Shown piece by piece: positions 10,026-19,809 of a stretch of 64,000 nucleotides of DNA. Both the position numbers and the translations under genes were made by a program. This DNA is from Candidatus Omnitrophota bacterium (GTDB lineage Bacteria > Omnitrophota > Gorgyraeia > Zapsychrales > Zapsychraceae). Under the pieces are notes generated by a model that saw only the letters and a list, made by a program, of their open reading frames with translations, was not told where the DNA came from and made no database searches. The number at the start of each line of letters is the position of its first letter. The first letter of the stretch is position 1. The stretch lies in assembly GCA_020429915.1 (NCBI GenBank), contig JAGQKV010000002.1:256061-320060 (forward strand). The letters are read 5' to 3'.

Positions 10026-10952
10026 TTACAAAAACAGAATTTTATCGATGATGGTAAAGCGGTCCACGATGCCCACCAGGCGCAGGGAATCGTCCGTAAT
10101 GTACAGCTTGGCCTGGTCCTTGATCGCCAGCAAAAATATCAGCTCGATAAGGGTGGCCTGACCGGAAACCGGTGTCACTTTTCGGAGTACGGCCTCCTCC
10201 AGGCGGAGATTTTTCTTGTCCGTAAAGTACTGCTCAAACGGATCGATGTGCCGGATAAAGGAGATCGTGGTCATGTCCTGAAAGAAATCAGGCAGTTCCA
10301 TGCGCAGGACGTCCCGGCAGGTCACCTCTCCCATCAGCCGGTCCTGGCTGTCCACCACCGGCAGGATGTCCATCTTGTGCAGGTGCATCAACCGCGTGGC
10401 CTCCTTGATATCCATGTCCAGTGTGGCCTTGACCAGGACCGGACGCATCACTTGTTCAGCCACCACCTGACCGGTCAGTTCGACTTGGGCCAGCAAAAGC
10501 TGTTGAATATCCGACCAGTCGTACTGTCCTCCCAGCCGGATCTTTTGCGGCAGTCCCGCGTCCAGAAAGAAATGGCTGAGCGCGGACATGGCCTGTAGAA
10601 CCGTGTAGGGTTCGTTCAGCGAGGAGACCATCAGACAGACGATATGGACCCGACCCTGGTCCGCGGCGCCGAAGTCGATCCCTTTCGCGCTGATGCCGAT
10701 CAAAAGGACGAATTCCTTCCACCCCTCAATGCGGGCGTGCGGAAAGGCGATGCCGTCACCCAGGGCGGTGCTTTGCAGATTCTCCCGTTCCATCAGCATC
10801 CGCAGGCAGTCTTCTCGGCTGACCGCGCCGCCGACCGCCGAGCGCCGGGAATACAAGGCATTGACAAGAAAGGCGACGGCCTCTTCTTTGGTGGCGGCCT
10901 GCATATCCGGAAACACCAGGTCCCGGGAGAGAAAATCCGCTATTCGGCTCAC
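10026..10952 (-). CDS. PTS EIIA type-2 (PtsN-like) domain protein fused to a CBS-domain pair
   Basis: 308 aa; N-terminal EIIA-2 domain with phosphorylatable His motif (GIAFPHAR); two C-terminal CBS repeats; GTG start with GGAG Shine-Dalgarno site; 2-nt gap to the permease gene. Confidence 0.7.
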   Translation of the reverse strand: MSRIADFLSRDLVFPDMQAATKEEAVAFLVNALYSRRSAVGGAVSREDCLRMLMERENLQSTALGDGIAFPHARIEGWKEFVLLIGISAKGIDFGAADQGRVHIVCLMVSSLNEPYTVLQAMSALSHFFLDAGLPQKIRLGGQYDWSDIQQLLLAQVELTGQVVAEQVMRPVLVKATLDMDIKEATRLMHLHKMDILPVVDSQDRLMGEVTCRDVLRMELPDFFQDMTTISFIRHIDPFEQYFTDKKNLRLEEAVLRKVTPVSGQATLIELIFLLAIKDQAKLYITDDSLRLVGIVDRFTIIDKILFL

Positions 10953-11069
10953 TGCAAACTCCGATGTATTTTGTTCACCTGTCCGGTTGTCCTAGAGGTC
11001 CACGGAACCCATGCCCGCGGAGTCTTGCTTTTCCCTGTCATACTTTATTCGATCATAGTATCGCACCGG

Positions 11070-13118
11070 TTAGATGCTGTCGATAAAATCTTTGCGCGGT
11101 TCTTCACGATAGGGGTGTTCAAACGTGCCCAAAATATTTTTAAAGTCCGCCGAGGCCGGACCGCGTTTAAACGAGGCCCGCGGGCTTTCCCCTTCTCCGG
11201 AGACGCGAACAGGTTTTCCCATAATGAGAAACGGCAGATCCGCCTTAAGCAGATTGTCCGATTCCGCGTTGAGCCAGCCGTCCGCCTGAAACCGGTTTTG
11301 CATGGATCCCAAGTCCTTTTGACAATTGCCCTCGCGGTTGGCGGCACCGCTGGAATTGAAGTTAAAGGCGATCTTCTCCTCATATGGGTACGCGGCGGCC
11401 TGCATCAGGCAATCGTGGGCCGGCACATAAGCGTAGCCTTCCAGCCACTCCGGCTTTCCGGGTTGCGGCCACAACGCCAACTCGAGTTGTTTCCCGTCGA
11501 TTTGGGCCGACCAGGCGCCGACCATCCCCGCCGTCGCTCCGGTCGGTTCGGCCGTTTTCCCGGCAACCGGCGCGGTCTGTTCAGCGTCCGGTTTTTTGGA
11601 CCCGGTCTGTGAAGATTCGCCGGCGTTTTCGGGAGTCATCTCAGATGGATTTCCCGAGTAAGCATCCTGCACCAGCCCGATCCCTTCGGAGACCATGTCC
11701 ACCATCGACCGAAATTCCTCTGTCATTTGCTTGGTGCGCGTATTCATCGGTTTGTCCTTCATGTAGGCATACTTCCGCATGTTCCGGTATGCAGCTTGGA
11801 CGGTCTCATCCGTACAGTTCCCGCGGATGACATTTTCCAGGGAATTGATATGGCGTGTGAAATGCCCCATCGCCCAGCGCACGCTTTCGGCCGGACCGCG
11901 GCCGCGTTTCTGGTTATTCATGACGATCGTCATGTAACGGTTGACCGCCCACGGTTTCCAGGACTGATAGAACCACTCCCAACTCTCGACATACTCCGGG
12001 TCCAAATAAAGAGTACGCGGCGGGCCGACCGGTTCGGCGTTGCTGAAGAACCCGTCGGTGGTCACCTCCACCGTCTGCAATTGCAAAATCTTGGGATTCC
12101 GGATGTACGAACGGCAGTGTGTGGAATATAGCTCAAGAAAGTTCTCGTAGAAGAAGGCGAACAAATTCTGGTAGTCCTTAAGCAAACCGTAATTTTCCTC
12201 CGCCAGCACGCGCGCCATGGCCGCCAGGTCCGGGATCGGATCTTCTTCAGGGGCTTTGTAGGCGAGCGCCGTTCGGTCCACTTCCCAATCCTGCTCCTTG
12301 GCTGTCTTCAGGAAACAGTTTTCCGTGTCCACACACTCGTATTCTTCAGGGACCGGATTGATAGAAAAACGCAACGCGGTGACCTCCGGGCATTCCTTGG
12401 CGTAGCGTTGCGATACGCCCTTGGCCATCATGACATAATCCGTTATGTCCGGCGGATCGGCAAACGTGGCCTCCTGCCGGTTGGCATACATCGGGCTTAG
12501 TTCGATGATGGTATCCTCCTCGCAGCCGCCCTTGAAGTTGACACCGAGGGTGCTCATCATATCGCGGAACTTGATTTCGAAGGTGTGCAGGCCGTCGTAG
12601 GCCGTCTTGACCAGCCCGTCCTCAAGACGCCAGTTATTGGCGCGCCGCATCGTTCCTTTATAGTCGAACTTCCCCTGATGCGGATATACGGGCGTCGCCT
12701 CCACCCGGACGACCTGCAACTGCGGACATTGTTCGGACAGCGCCTTCACGGACGCGTCGAGAAAATCGCCGATCGGAAGGTCCGCACCCTTGCCGCTCTC
12801 AATGTGCCGCTTGACATCGACGACGCGTTGATCGCCGATGGAGACCTTGAGCGTAGCCAATTCCGAACACACCCCGCGGAAGACCGTCGTCACAGGCGAC
12901 TGCATCTTGGCTGCGGAGACTTGAAACGCATTCGGCTCGGCGTCCCGCTCGAAATTCTTCTGCATCCTGACCTGAATCTGGCCGTAGGTCCGCATGGTTT
13001 CGCGCTCTGTTTCCCAGGCCTTGGGTTCTGCGGACACCGCCGAACATAGCCCGATTAATAATAGAAAAGCGGTGGCTATGATCCAGCGCCGTCCGGATAA
13101 GGATTGGACTTGGGACAT
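11070..13118 (-). CDS. large secreted protein of unknown function (682 aa) containing a conserved Cys-bearing domain shared with the adjacent FKBP protein
   Basis: Sec signal peptide (LLLIGLCSAVSA); AAAGGA Shine-Dalgarno site; internal ~180 aa region (AEENYGLLKDYQNLF...NCTDETVQAAYRNM) homologous to N-terminal domain of ORF 13149..14111. Confidence 0.7.
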   Translation of the reverse strand: MSQVQSLSGRRWIIATAFLLLIGLCSAVSAEPKAWETERETMRTYGQIQVRMQKNFERDAEPNAFQVSAAKMQSPVTTVFRGVCSELATLKVSIGDQRVVDVKRHIESGKGADLPIGDFLDASVKALSEQCPQLQVVRVEATPVYPHQGKFDYKGTMRRANNWRLEDGLVKTAYDGLHTFEIKFRDMMSTLGVNFKGGCEEDTIIELSPMYANRQEATFADPPDITDYVMMAKGVSQRYAKECPEVTALRFSINPVPEEYECVDTENCFLKTAKEQDWEVDRTALAYKAPEEDPIPDLAAMARVLAEENYGLLKDYQNLFAFFYENFLELYSTHCRSYIRNPKILQLQTVEVTTDGFFSNAEPVGPPRTLYLDPEYVESWEWFYQSWKPWAVNRYMTIVMNNQKRGRGPAESVRWAMGHFTRHINSLENVIRGNCTDETVQAAYRNMRKYAYMKDKPMNTRTKQMTEEFRSMVDMVSEGIGLVQDAYSGNPSEMTPENAGESSQTGSKKPDAEQTAPVAGKTAEPTGATAGMVGAWSAQIDGKQLELALWPQPGKPEWLEGYAYVPAHDCLMQAAAYPYEEKIAFNFNSSGAANREGNCQKDLGSMQNRFQADGWLNAESDNLLKADLPFLIMGKPVRVSGEGESPRASFKRGPASADFKNILGTFEHPYREEPRKDFIDSI

Positions 13119-13148
13119 GAATGAAATCCTTTCGAATTCTTAAAGAGA

Positions 13149-14111
13149 TTATCGGACCGCCAGCAATTCGATCTCAAAGACCAGCGTGGCGTTCGGACCG
13201 ATCGGTCCGAATCCCGCCGCACCGTAGGCCAGCTCCGGCGGAATGATCAGTTTGATTTTCCCCCCGGGCTGGATCAACTGCAACCCTTCGGTCCAGCCCT
13301 TGATGACGCCGTTCAGCGGGAAGCTGGTCGGCTCGCCACGGCTATACGAACTGTCGAATTCCTGGCCGTCAATCAGGGTTCCCCGGTAATGCACGGTGAC
13401 GGTGTTGGCCGCCGTCGGAAAGAGTCCTGCCCCTTGTTTGAGGATCGCATAGCGCAGACCGCTGGGTGTCCGCTGGGTCCCCTGGACCAGCTCGGGTGGC
13501 AGACCGCCGAAGTCTTCGGGCTCCGGGATCCGTGGCGCGTACGTCAGCAGATTACGATAGATCCGTTGTACGCGTTCATCGGTGCAGTGATCCCGAATCA
13601 GGAACGTGAGCTTATTGTAGTTCCTGATAAAGGACCCGGCCGCGAGTTTGGCCGCGCGGTTGGCATCCCGCCCGGCCGCGTGCTCCTTGCTGACCTTTTC
13701 GGCAATACGGTTGGAAATGTAAAGCCGGTTTTGGTCCTCGAATTGGTCGAAGTGCTTCGCGTACGGCTTGTCCAAGCTGATCGTGCGGGTGGGATCGATC
13801 TCGACGTCCCCGGTCTCAAATCCCCAGCGCGCCATTTCGCTTTCGATGGACGGCACCTGGCGGCTGACGGGCTCGAGGATCTGTTCCCCGCAATAGTCCG
13901 AGTAGATCTCCAGAAAGTCATTGTGAAACAGCCGCACCAACGGTGCGTGCGCGTCCAGTACGCCGTAATTCTCGGCCGCGAGATTATCGATCACCGCCTG
14001 GTAATCATTGGCCGCCGCCGGCGTCGTCCATAGGAGCAGGACGATAGCAAACAATGCCGTTACGGATGGGATTCCTGGATATGTCGATTTACTGCGCATG
14101 GTGTCTGTCAC
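13149..14111 (-). CDS. periplasmic FKBP-type peptidyl-prolyl cis-trans isomerase with N-terminal uncharacterised domain
   Basis: 320 aa; signal peptide; C-terminal FKBP domain (VTVHYRGTLIDGQEFDSS...LVFEIELLAV); N-terminal domain paralogous to region of 11070..13118; GTG start overlapping the MoaD-like stop (ATGA-type). Confidence 0.8.
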   Translation of the reverse strand: MTDTMRSKSTYPGIPSVTALFAIVLLLWTTPAAANDYQAVIDNLAAENYGVLDAHAPLVRLFHNDFLEIYSDYCGEQILEPVSRQVPSIESEMARWGFETGDVEIDPTRTISLDKPYAKHFDQFEDQNRLYISNRIAEKVSKEHAAGRDANRAAKLAAGSFIRNYNKLTFLIRDHCTDERVQRIYRNLLTYAPRIPEPEDFGGLPPELVQGTQRTPSGLRYAILKQGAGLFPTAANTVTVHYRGTLIDGQEFDSSYSRGEPTSFPLNGVIKGWTEGLQLIQPGGKIKLIIPPELAYGAAGFGPIGPNATLVFEIELLAVR

Positions 14112-14404
14112 CCCCCGGCAATGGCGCCGACGATGAATAACGGCTCCTGTCCTGATGCGACCGCAGCCGGTACGGAGGTCTGCGGGGCACGGTTGGAGTA
14201 ATCTTCTTCACAGGCGAAAAAACGGACCAAGGCCCGGCGTTGTCCGGTTTGCGGATCGCGGATGGTCCCGCGCAGGACCGGATATTTTTCTTCGAGTGCG
14301 TCGATGATATCGCCCAGACTGATTTCACCGGCCAGCTCCAGCGCCACTTCGTCCTGGATCCGGGCGAGTACCCTCAAGTGCGTCGGGAGTACAACACGGA
14401 TCAT
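14108..14404 (-). CDS. MoaD/ThiS/CysO-like ubiquitin-like sulfur-carrier protein (C-terminal Gly-Gly)
   Basis: 98 aa beta-grasp-like sequence ending ...VGAIAGG*; ATGA overlaps with both flanking genes. Confidence 0.7.
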   Translation of the reverse strand: MIRVVLPTHLRVLARIQDEVALELAGEISLGDIIDALEEKYPVLRGTIRDPQTGQRRALVRFFACEEDYSNRAPQTSVPAAVASGQEPLFIVGAIAGG

Positions 14405-15516
14405 GACAGCGTCTGCACCTCGACCGAAAGGACTTTGGGCAGGTCACGGGCCGCCGCCGTCCACGTGTCCCCGGCGTCCGCCGATACGTAAACCTGCCCG
14501 CCGGTCGTGCCGAAATAAATTCCGCAGGGATCGTGTCTGTCCACCGCCATGGCGTCGCGCAGGACATTGACATAACAGTGTTCCTGGGGAAGCCCCTGTG
14601 TAAGCGCCTCCCATTCCTCACCGCCTTTGCGGCTGCGGTAGACGCGCAGTTTGCCTTCGGGGGGATAATGTTCGCTGTCGCTTTTAATCGGAATGACGTA
14701 AATTGTATCCGGCTCATGCGCGTGCACGTCAATGGCGAAGCCGAAATCCGTGGGCAAATTGCCGCTGACCTCACGCCAGTTGTCGCCGCCGTCATCACTG
14801 CGCATCACGTCCCAGTGTTTTTGCATGAACAGGATGTTCGACCGTGAGGGGTGCATGGCGATGCGATGGACGCAGTGGCCGACCTCCGCGTCCGGATCGG
14901 GGATGTACTCGGACTTCAGCCCCTTATTGATGGGTTTCCACGACGCTCCGCCGTCATCGCTGCGAAAAGCGCCCGCCGCGGAGATGGCGATGTAGATTTT
15001 TTGGGGATCATCGGGTGAGACCAGGATCGTGTGCAGACACATGCCGCCGGCGCCGGGTTGCCATTTGGGGCCGGTGCCGTGCTGACGCAGACCGGGCAGT
15101 TCCTGCCAGCTGCGCCCCCCGTCTTTCGTTTTAAACAGGGCCGCATCCTCCACGCCGGCGTAAACGACGTCCGGATCATCCGCGGACGGCTCGAGATGCC
15201 AGACGCGCTTGAACTCCCACGGGTGCTGCGTTCCGTCATACCACAGATGCTGGCCCGTCTCGCCGTCATACCGGAACTCGTTGCCGACCGCTTCCCACGT
15301 CTTGCCGCCGTCATCCGAGCGCTGGATGACCTGACCGAACCAGGCGCTGGTTTGCGAGGCGTAAATCCGGTCAGGATCGGCCGGCGATCCTTTCATGTGA
15401 TAGATCTCCCATCCGCCGAAGAATGGTCCGTTGATGTTCCAGTTTCGGCGTGCGGCATCGGACTCGAGCACAAAGGCTCCCTTGGCGGTGCCGACGAGCA
15501 GGCGGGTTGCGGGCAT
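14401..15516 (-). CDS. cytoplasmic BNR/Asp-box repeat beta-propeller protein (sialidase/Ycf48-like fold)
   Basis: Start moved to [15 protein letters not shown] (the track ORF extends to 15705). No signal peptide. Five or more S-x-D-x-G-x-x-W Asp-box repeats ([44 protein letters not shown]). The stop overlaps the MoaD-like start. Confidence 0.7.
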   Translation of the reverse strand: MPATRLLVGTAKGAFVLESDAARRNWNINGPFFGGWEIYHMKGSPADPDRIYASQTSAWFGQVIQRSDDGGKTWEAVGNEFRYDGETGQHLWYDGTQHPWEFKRVWHLEPSADDPDVVYAGVEDAALFKTKDGGRSWQELPGLRQHGTGPKWQPGAGGMCLHTILVSPDDPQKIYIAISAAGAFRSDDGGASWKPINKGLKSEYIPDPDAEVGHCVHRIAMHPSRSNILFMQKHWDVMRSDDGGDNWREVSGNLPTDFGFAIDVHAHEPDTIYVIPIKSDSEHYPPEGKLRVYRSRKGGEEWEALTQGLPQEHCYVNVLRDAMAVDRHDPCGIYFGTTGGQVYVSADAGDTWTAAARDLPKVLSVEVQTLS

Positions 15517-15658
15517 ACGAACGATCCTTTCCCTAGAGGGTTTGTCTCCCGGCGAATACCGGTGTTCAAAACAGACTTCAATTGTATCGGGTTTGGACCG
15601 CTTTCGCAAGCGGTGAATCGACGGGTCGCGACACTTGCGGCGGGCGTGACCGGGTAGT

Positions 15659-16837
15659 ATGATAGTTCTCTTCGGAGGAAGAATCATGCACGACTGTCCC
15701 GACAATACGGAAAATACGGACGGCCTGGACCCGGCAGAACAAACGCGTTACGCGCGGCACCTGATCCTGCCGCTGTTCGGCGAGACCGGTCAACAACGGC
15801 TGAAGAACGCTCGGGTCCTGTTTGTGGGCGCCGGCGGGCTGGGATGCGCTCCAGCCCTGTACCTGGCGGCGGCCGGCGTGGGGACAATCGGCCTGGCCGA
15901 CGATGACGTGGTGGCTGAATCCAACCTGCAGCGACAGGTTTTGTACACGACGGCCGATATCGGCCGGCCCAAGGTCGAGGCCGCGCGTGAGCGGCTGTTG
16001 GCGCTGAATCCGCATATCAAGGTTCTCACCCACCCCCACCGTCTGACGGCCGCCAACGCGCTTGAGGTGATGCGCGCTTACGATGTCATCATTGACGGAA
16101 CCGACAATATTCCGGCGCGCTATCTGATTAACGATGCGGCCTTCATAATTAAGAAACCGTGGGTGTATGCCGGGGTGCATCAGTTTGAAGGCCAGTGCTG
16201 TGTGTTTGCGCCGGGCGGACCGTGTTACCGATGCTTCTTCCGTGATCCGCCGCGTCCAGAGGATATGCCGTCCTGTGCCGAGGCCGGCGTGATCGGCGTG
16301 GTCCCGGGACAGATGGGATTATTGCAGGCGAATGAAGTCATCAAACTCCTCAGCGGGATCGGCGAACCGTTGACGGGTCGTTTGTTATTATACGATGCGT
16401 TGGAAACGCGACTGCGTGAGGTACGGATCAAACCGGACCCGGCCTGTCCCCTGTGCGGTTCCGCGCCTTCTATCACGAAACTTACCGAAACCGCCTGGAC
16501 GTGTCCGGCCCACGATTCCGTTCCCGAGGTTTCGGTAAAGGAATTTAAGGTCATTTACGACAGCGGCCGACCGATTTTCCTGCTGGATGTGCGGGAAGAG
16601 TCGGAGCACCGGGTCGCGCGTATCGAACGGGCCTGCCTCATTCCGTTGGGACAGCTGCCGGATCAACTTGAACAGATTCCGCGGGACATGCCGGTGTATT
16701 GTTTCTGTAAACTCGGCGGACGCAGCGCCAAAGCGGTACGTCTCCTGCGGGAAAACGGATTTGAGGTGGTTATCAGCCTGGCCGGCGGGATCCAGGCCTG
16801 GTCCGAGCAGATCGATCCGGACGTTCCGACCTATTAA
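15659..16837 (+). CDS. MoeZ/MoeB-type E1-like adenylyltransferase with C-terminal rhodanese domain
   Basis: 392 aa; ThiF/MoeB fold with GAGGLG nucleotide loop and CxxC...CxxC zinc motif (CYRC, CPLC), C-terminal rhodanese domain with active-site Cys (CFCKLGGRS); the start may be the internal M at 15686. Confidence 0.85.
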   Translation: MIVLFGGRIMHDCPDNTENTDGLDPAEQTRYARHLILPLFGETGQQRLKNARVLFVGAGGLGCAPALYLAAAGVGTIGLADDDVVAESNLQRQVLYTTADIGRPKVEAARERLLALNPHIKVLTHPHRLTAANALEVMRAYDVIIDGTDNIPARYLINDAAFIIKKPWVYAGVHQFEGQCCVFAPGGPCYRCFFRDPPRPEDMPSCAEAGVIGVVPGQMGLLQANEVIKLLSGIGEPLTGRLLLYDALETRLREVRIKPDPACPLCGSAPSITKLTETAWTCPAHDSVPEVSVKEFKVIYDSGRPIFLLDVREESEHRVARIERACLIPLGQLPDQLEQIPRDMPVYCFCKLGGRSAKAVRLLRENGFEVVISLAGGIQAWSEQIDPDVPTY

Positions 16838-18915
16838 ATCTGAGTGGCGGCCGGCAAAGATATGGTGATGGTGGTGCCGTGTCCGAGTTTGGACACGGCG
16901 GAGATCTCACCGTGGTGTTGTTCGATAATGGTATGGGAAATGCTCAACCCCAATCCCGTACCTTCTCCCTCCGGTTTGTCCGTATAGAACGGATTCCAAA
17001 TCTTGCCGAGCGCCTCCGGTTGGATACCCTTCCCCGTATCCGAAATGACAACAATCACATGTGTTCCCAGGCTGTACGTGCGGATGGATATTTCGCCCTT
17101 TTCCGGAATGGCGTGAACAGCGTTCATGAGAATATTGATGAAGACCTGTGCGATGAGGTGTTTATTGCACAGGACCGGTTTGTCGTCGTCGTACTCTTTG
17201 GTTAAGGTGATGCGGTCGGAAATTTCAGCGGCCACTATCCCCATAATGCTTTCCAGAACGTCCCGCAGCAATACAGGCTCCAATTTCCCTTCATCTCCGC
17301 GGGCAAACGTCAGCAACCCCTTGACGATTTTGCGGATCCGTTCAGTCCCTGTCCTGGTTTGGGACAACAGCGCCGGCAGGTCCTCTCTTACGTGCTCCAG
17401 CCGGAAATCCTGTTTTTGCGCCTGGACACTGTCGATTATTTGCTGAAGGCCGGCCATATCCTGACTTTGAACAGCCGCGCGCATCTCATCGTAACGTTCG
17501 ATGATGGCCAGCAGTCCTTCGGTGTATTCCTGCATGACGGTCAGATTGTCGCGTACCATCGTCAACGGATTGTTGATTTCATGGGCGATTCCTGCGGAGA
17601 GATAGCCGATTGAGGCAAGCTTCTCGGATTTCATCAATTGGCCGTTCATCCGTTCCAGATTGTCATATGCCTGTTGCAGCTTTTCTTTTTGTGTCACCAG
17701 TTCTTTGCTCATCCGGTCGAGTGCATTCCGGGAGGCGGTGATCTCATTCAGATTTTGCAACATGCGGTCAAAGGTTTCGGCCAAGTATCCGATTTCATTT
17801 TGCAATTTCAACAGTTTGGGTTCAACATGAATATGCAGGTTGCCGTGTCCGACCACACCCAGAATTTGTGTGAGTTGTTCCAGCGGGTGAGAAATTTGCT
17901 GCTTAACGTAACGTGTCAGCAAGGTGAATCCTAACAGAATAATCATCAATAAGAGTATCAAGCTGTACCGTAACCGGCGTATCGGCAGCAAGGCTTCGTC
18001 TTTGTCCATTTTGACGACGACTCCCCAGTTCATGCTGGGCGCCTGATCCCAAACGGCCAATGAAGTTTGGCCGCGATAGTCCGTGTAAGTGCCTTTACCG
18101 CGTTTACCGCGGACCGCCAGGTGCAGCGGGCTGAGATCCTCGACGTTGATATCGGACTTGCGTCGGAAGCCGGCGGCCGGGTCGTGCCGGGTGTCATTCA
18201 AGTAAACGATTTCATTTCCGATTGCCGCCAGCGCGAGGACTTCCCCAGTCGCGCCAAGGCCAGTCTTACCGGTAACGATTTTGAGCAGCGCGGACTTGTC
18301 GACTTGCAGGGCCACCACGCCGATGAATTCCCCTTTACGGAATACCGGAGCCCCGATAAACGCGGCCGATGCCCGGGATGGCTCATAGTATTTCAACTGG
18401 GAGACATGCGGCGCGGCATTGACTTTAGACATCCGGAAGATATCGGCCAATCCGCTATTGCTGTACGGTCCGGTTGTCAAATTAGTGGCGAAATCCGGTT
18501 CATGGATAATGGAAAAAATCAGGTCTCCTTCCGCGGAAATCAGGAATAGGTCGTAATACCCTGCGGAGTCCTTGAAGGCCGTTAGAAAAGGCCGGAGTTG
18601 TTGATCCGTTTTTTTGTAGTCTTCGGAATCAATGCCCTGCCCGTAGTAAATTGGTTCGAATTCGCTGATGGCATTGATGATGTCCGGCATTTGAGCGAGG
18701 GCCGCAACATCACGCTTACGTTCTACGACATAGGTTTCGATCTCGGATATCGTGAAATCGAGAATGCCGAACAGTCGATTATCCAGCTGCCTGTCCAGAT
18801 AGGTTTTGAAATAAACATGCAGCAAAACCGTAACCAGGATCAGCACCGCTGCCAGAATACCGAAAGCCTTGATCAGCTTGCGGGAGAGACGGTTTCTTTT
18901 GGGGGTTGGGGTCAT
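16834..18915 (-). CDS. sensor histidine kinase with periplasmic double-Cache-like domain
   Basis: Start trimmed to MTPTPK... (the track ORF extends to 18975). Has two TM helices flanking a ~270 aa periplasmic domain, a HAMP-like linker, a HisKA domain (SAGIAHEINNPL) and a HATPase_c domain (GTGLGLSISH). It is convergent with the moeZ-like gene, and their 3' ends overlap by 4 nt. Confidence 0.8.
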   Translation of the reverse strand: MTPTPKRNRLSRKLIKAFGILAAVLILVTVLLHVYFKTYLDRQLDNRLFGILDFTISEIETYVVERKRDVAALAQMPDIINAISEFEPIYYGQGIDSEDYKKTDQQLRPFLTAFKDSAGYYDLFLISAEGDLIFSIIHEPDFATNLTTGPYSNSGLADIFRMSKVNAAPHVSQLKYYEPSRASAAFIGAPVFRKGEFIGVVALQVDKSALLKIVTGKTGLGATGEVLALAAIGNEIVYLNDTRHDPAAGFRRKSDINVEDLSPLHLAVRGKRGKGTYTDYRGQTSLAVWDQAPSMNWGVVVKMDKDEALLPIRRLRYSLILLLMIILLGFTLLTRYVKQQISHPLEQLTQILGVVGHGNLHIHVEPKLLKLQNEIGYLAETFDRMLQNLNEITASRNALDRMSKELVTQKEKLQQAYDNLERMNGQLMKSEKLASIGYLSAGIAHEINNPLTMVRDNLTVMQEYTEGLLAIIERYDEMRAAVQSQDMAGLQQIIDSVQAQKQDFRLEHVREDLPALLSQTRTGTERIRKIVKGLLTFARGDEGKLEPVLLRDVLESIMGIVAAEISDRITLTKEYDDDKPVLCNKHLIAQVFINILMNAVHAIPEKGEISIRTYSLGTHVIVVISDTGKGIQPEALGKIWNPFYTDKPEGEGTGLGLSISHTIIEQHHGEISAVSKLGHGTTITISLPAATQI

Positions 18916-19053
18916 GTAGGTCCGGATGAATATGTTGCGGCCAGGCCGGATCAAACGCAGTCCGATATTCAACACGAATGAGATGACAAGGATGAGAAGT
19001 TCAATCGGCCGCCGTAGGCCGGCAAGATTGGCTGTACGGAATGCTCAGAAAGG

Positions 19054-19086
19054 ATTATACCTTTCGCTATGTGACATTGCAATGTC
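19054..19086 (-). promoter_or_regulatory. sigma70-like promoter (TTGCAA-17-TATAAT on minus strand) with 14-bp perfect palindrome GACATTGCAATGTC overlapping the -35
   Basis: read directly: -10 at ~19054-19059, -35 at ~19077-19082, palindrome ~19073-19086; 70-130 nt upstream of the histidine-kinase start. Confidence 0.35.
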
Positions 19087-19112
19087 GTAGCGAGAAAGTT
19101 GGCGGCGTTACA

Positions 19113-19156
19113 AAGAAAAGCCATGGCGACGTATCGTCATGGCTTTCTTTTAAGAA
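19113..19156 (-). terminator. rho-independent terminator-like hairpin with flanking A/T runs (bidirectional geometry)
   Basis: AAAGAAAAGCCATGGCGACGTATCGTCATGGCTTTCTTTT: GC stem (bulged) with U-tract on both strands; ~180 nt downstream of gene 19336..19809. Confidence 0.4.
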
Positions 19157-19335
19157 GACGTTCTTGGACAGAACGGTACGAATCAAGAGGTTATGTTTGG
19201 CTTTCTGCATTGTATAGAGTAGCAAAATCCGTGCCAGCCGGGTCGGGATGGGCCTGACAGGTGTAATCCGGGGCACTTCGCCGGCCGGAGATGTTCATTT
19301 CGGACATCATCTGTTGAGCGGATTCCACATTTTCC

Positions 19336-19809
19336 TCAATAGCTCCAGAAATACGCCTTATTCCGGCGGGCATCCAGGGCCAAAAAGCCGTTTTCCGCCC
19401 GGCATTCATAGAAACTGTGGCGGGGCGTCACGGGCAGCGAGCCGCCGGAAAGGTCCTTAGGCCACCATCCCGCCGTCAGAACCGGCCGCCGGATATCGCC
19501 CGCGGTCACCTGCCGGCAGTGTTGAATCAACTGCACATCGAAACTCCCCGGATAGGAAAAGGTAAGGATACGATGATTGGTGTCGAGGTCGTATTTGAGC
19601 CGGATGCCGGTCGCAGTCGGCGGCGTGAGAGGAGTCAGCCAACCGCGCTCGGCGGCCGAGGTCTTGGCGTAAGAAGGAAAACTCTTTTCCACCGTCTCTC
19701 CCCCGTGCATGACCAGCCCGGCGATCAGCAGTGCGGCCACCAGCAGCCCATTGAAGACCCACAACGGCCTGACCGGCCATGTTCGCTGCTGGGGATTATT
19801 CGCGCTCAT
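19336..19809 (-). CDS. hypothetical membrane-anchored protein
   Basis: Start trimmed to MSANNPQQ; one N-terminal TM helix (LWVFNGLLVAALLIAGLVM); no recognisable family. Confidence 0.45.
   Translation of the reverse strand: MSANNPQQRTWPVRPLWVFNGLLVAALLIAGLVMHGGETVEKSFPSYAKTSAAERGWLTPLTPPTATGIRLKYDLDTNHRILTFSYPGSFDVQLIQHCRQVTAGDIRRPVLTAGWWPKDLSGGSLPVTPRHSFYECRAENGFLALDARRNKAYFWSY

Noticed and set aside
19071-19090. Possible CRP-type TGTGA-N6-TCACA site at the 14-bp palindrome
   Set aside because: The right half-site does not match TCACA. It is kept only as a generic palindromic operator.
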